Origin: an uncultured Actinomycetes bacterium
GTDB lineage: Bacteria; Actinomycetota; Thermoleophilia; Gaiellales; Gaiellaceae
NCBI GenBank assembly: GCA_963775695.1
Contig: CAVZJU010000003.1
Span: 141,050-205,049 of the forward strand
Length of the DNA stretch: 64,000 bases
Direction of reading: 5' to 3'
Positions 62,977 to 64,000 of this stretch are shown here, piece by piece. Positions within the stretch are counted from its first letter, which is position 1, and every line of letters starts with the position of its first letter. The translations under genes were made by a program, and so were the position numbers. The notes under the pieces are model-generated. The model was given only the letters and a program-made list of their open reading frames with translations, ran no database searches and had not been told where the DNA came from.

Positions 62977-63174
62977 TCACGACGTGCTCGTGGAGGCATC
63001 TGGCGGCGCGGTTGCGGGCGCGACGATCCCGGCCTGCAAGAGGTTCCGTCGAACGACCGCGTATAGCGGCGGCGGGATCGCGAGCGGCTCAACCCGATGC
63101 TTCTTGTGCCCGGGGTAGTTGACGCGGGCAAGGCCCATCCAGGCGCCGACGCTCACCACCGCGGCGGCGCCCAC
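62977..63174 (-). CDS. small membrane-anchored protein upstream of apbE; true start uncertain
   Basis: High-GC3 frame ...RRRAAAVKIGVGAAAVVSVGAWMGLARVNYPGHKKHRVEPLAIPPPLY... The stop lies 4 nt before the apbE ATG. The coding-looking frame continues upstream to 63339 without any start codon (see findings). Confidence 0.35.
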   Translation of the reverse strand: MGAAAVVSVGAWMGLARVNYPGHKKHRVEPLAIPPPLYAVVRRNLLQAGIVAPATAPPDASTSTS

Positions 63175-63657
63175 TCCGATCTTGACCGCAGCCGCCCGAC
63201 GCCTCGCGCGAGCAAGGCGCGAAGGCTCGTCTGCCGCCCCAGGCGGCAGCGCCTCCCTGCGGCTCGTTCGCCTTTCCGCGATCTGTCGGCGGGCCTTGGC
63301 GCGGGCCCGCTTCGAGCGGCTCAGCTCGCCCCGCCTTGATCAGTCGGCGTCGCATCTGCGCCGTGCATTCTCGAAGGTGGTATCCGGCACAGATGAGAGC
63401 CGGATGAATGTCCCCGTTGACGTCTACGGAGCGGGGAGATGCTTTCGTCAAGCCAAGTGGGCGCTCTGACGCCAGATGCCGAGACTCAGGAGCAAACAGC
63501 CCAGCGGGATCGAGCCGCCCGGACGGAAGCCCACCCTGCAGCCTCCTCGCCTGCGAGGGTGGCGTCCGGCCTGCGAGGAACTCGTATGCCTCGTCGCCGG
63601 TCAGTGTCTTCTATCGAACTCGGACAGTGGCGCGCATCGCAGTGGCCGCAGACGAAT

Positions 63658-64000
63658 TCAATCCGATGCGAGCAGCGTGAGTCGGGCGAAGCCGGGGCCT
63701 GGCCAGGAGATCGCACGGTCAGCGCCTTCCGTCCGGTCGGCGGGCGAGGCGGGGAGCGCCGCCCCGACCGCGACGCCGGCGAATGCGAGCGCTCGCAGCA
63801 CGCCCAGGACGCCCTCCGGGAGCCGCTCGTGGAAGAGCACCGTCCAGGCGAGGATCGGCAGCGCATTCGTGAAGAGGGTCGACACGCCGGCGGTGGCGAG
63901 CGCGCTCTCGCTGGAAACCGAGCTGGAGGGCGACGAGGGCGAGCCCGTGGCAGGCGAGCACGGCGACGTCGAACGCGAGCGCGAGCCCTCCTCCCACGGC
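63658..64000 (-). pseudogene. 3' end of a DMT/EamA-like transporter gene, apparently split between two frames; runs off the right edge
   Basis: Frame 1 gives GGGLALAFDVAVLACHGLALVALQLGFQRE. Frame 2 continues SALATAGVSTLFTNALPILAWTVLFHERLPEGVLGVLRALAFAGVAVGAAL. Both are EamA-like in composition. Junction near 63895-63905. Confidence 0.3.

Noticed and set aside
63486-63866. 126-aa minus-strand ORF with a CGHCDARHC cysteine cluster (possible zinc-ribbon protein)
   Set aside because: Poor GC3 and poor composition. It partly overlaps the EamA-like 3' end in another frame, and I recognise no motif. Treated as non-coding.

Overview
High-GC (about 70% by eye), actinobacterium-like chromosomal segment, densely coding on both strands. 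Many long Arg/Pro/Gly-rich ORFs in the track are antisense shadows of real genes and were discarded. All start coordinates are hand estimates; no search tool was run.

The main result is a block of about 17 kb (5.6-22.5 kb) organised by five copies of the fluoride (crcB-motif) riboswitch, two pairs of them arranged back-to-back and divergent. They sit in front of:
- (i) a small 2-TM protein plus a soluble P-type-ATPase-like HAD protein;
- (ii) two tandem MutS-domain-V ATPases plus an MFS transporter;
- (iii) a 39-codon NUDIX stub;
- (iv) a seven-gene operon encoding a group-4-hydrogenase/complex-I-like membrane complex, a universal stress protein and an atypical inorganic pyrophosphatase. The 'catalytic' subunits of the complex have lost the NiFe ligands and most FeS cysteine ligands (Ehr-like);
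- (v) two unknown proteins plus enolase.

No CrcB or EriC-F fluoride channel is visible in the window.

The rest of the window contains:
- a SARP regulator and an ABC-2 exporter;
- an intact IS481 with a 6-bp ACTAGG duplication exactly at the enolase stop codon;
- CopC-CopD, HtrA and a GCS2 ligase;
- two ECF sigma systems, one with a ZAS anti-sigma factor;
- envelope genes (peptidase G1, CAP protein, O-antigen-ligase-like protein, LPFTG protein, GT39-like protein);
- acs, a RAYT/IS200-like gene and an M16 peptidase;
- housekeeping genes (nadE, ggt, mug, dodecin, OsmC);
- an MFS/TetR pair;
- an AT-richer, decayed patch (about 56.7-61.1 kb) with small membrane peptides, a duplicated ~70-nt motif, an IS3 element and truncated genes;
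- an ApbE/ferric-reductase-like module.

No rRNA, tRNA or CRISPR array was seen.
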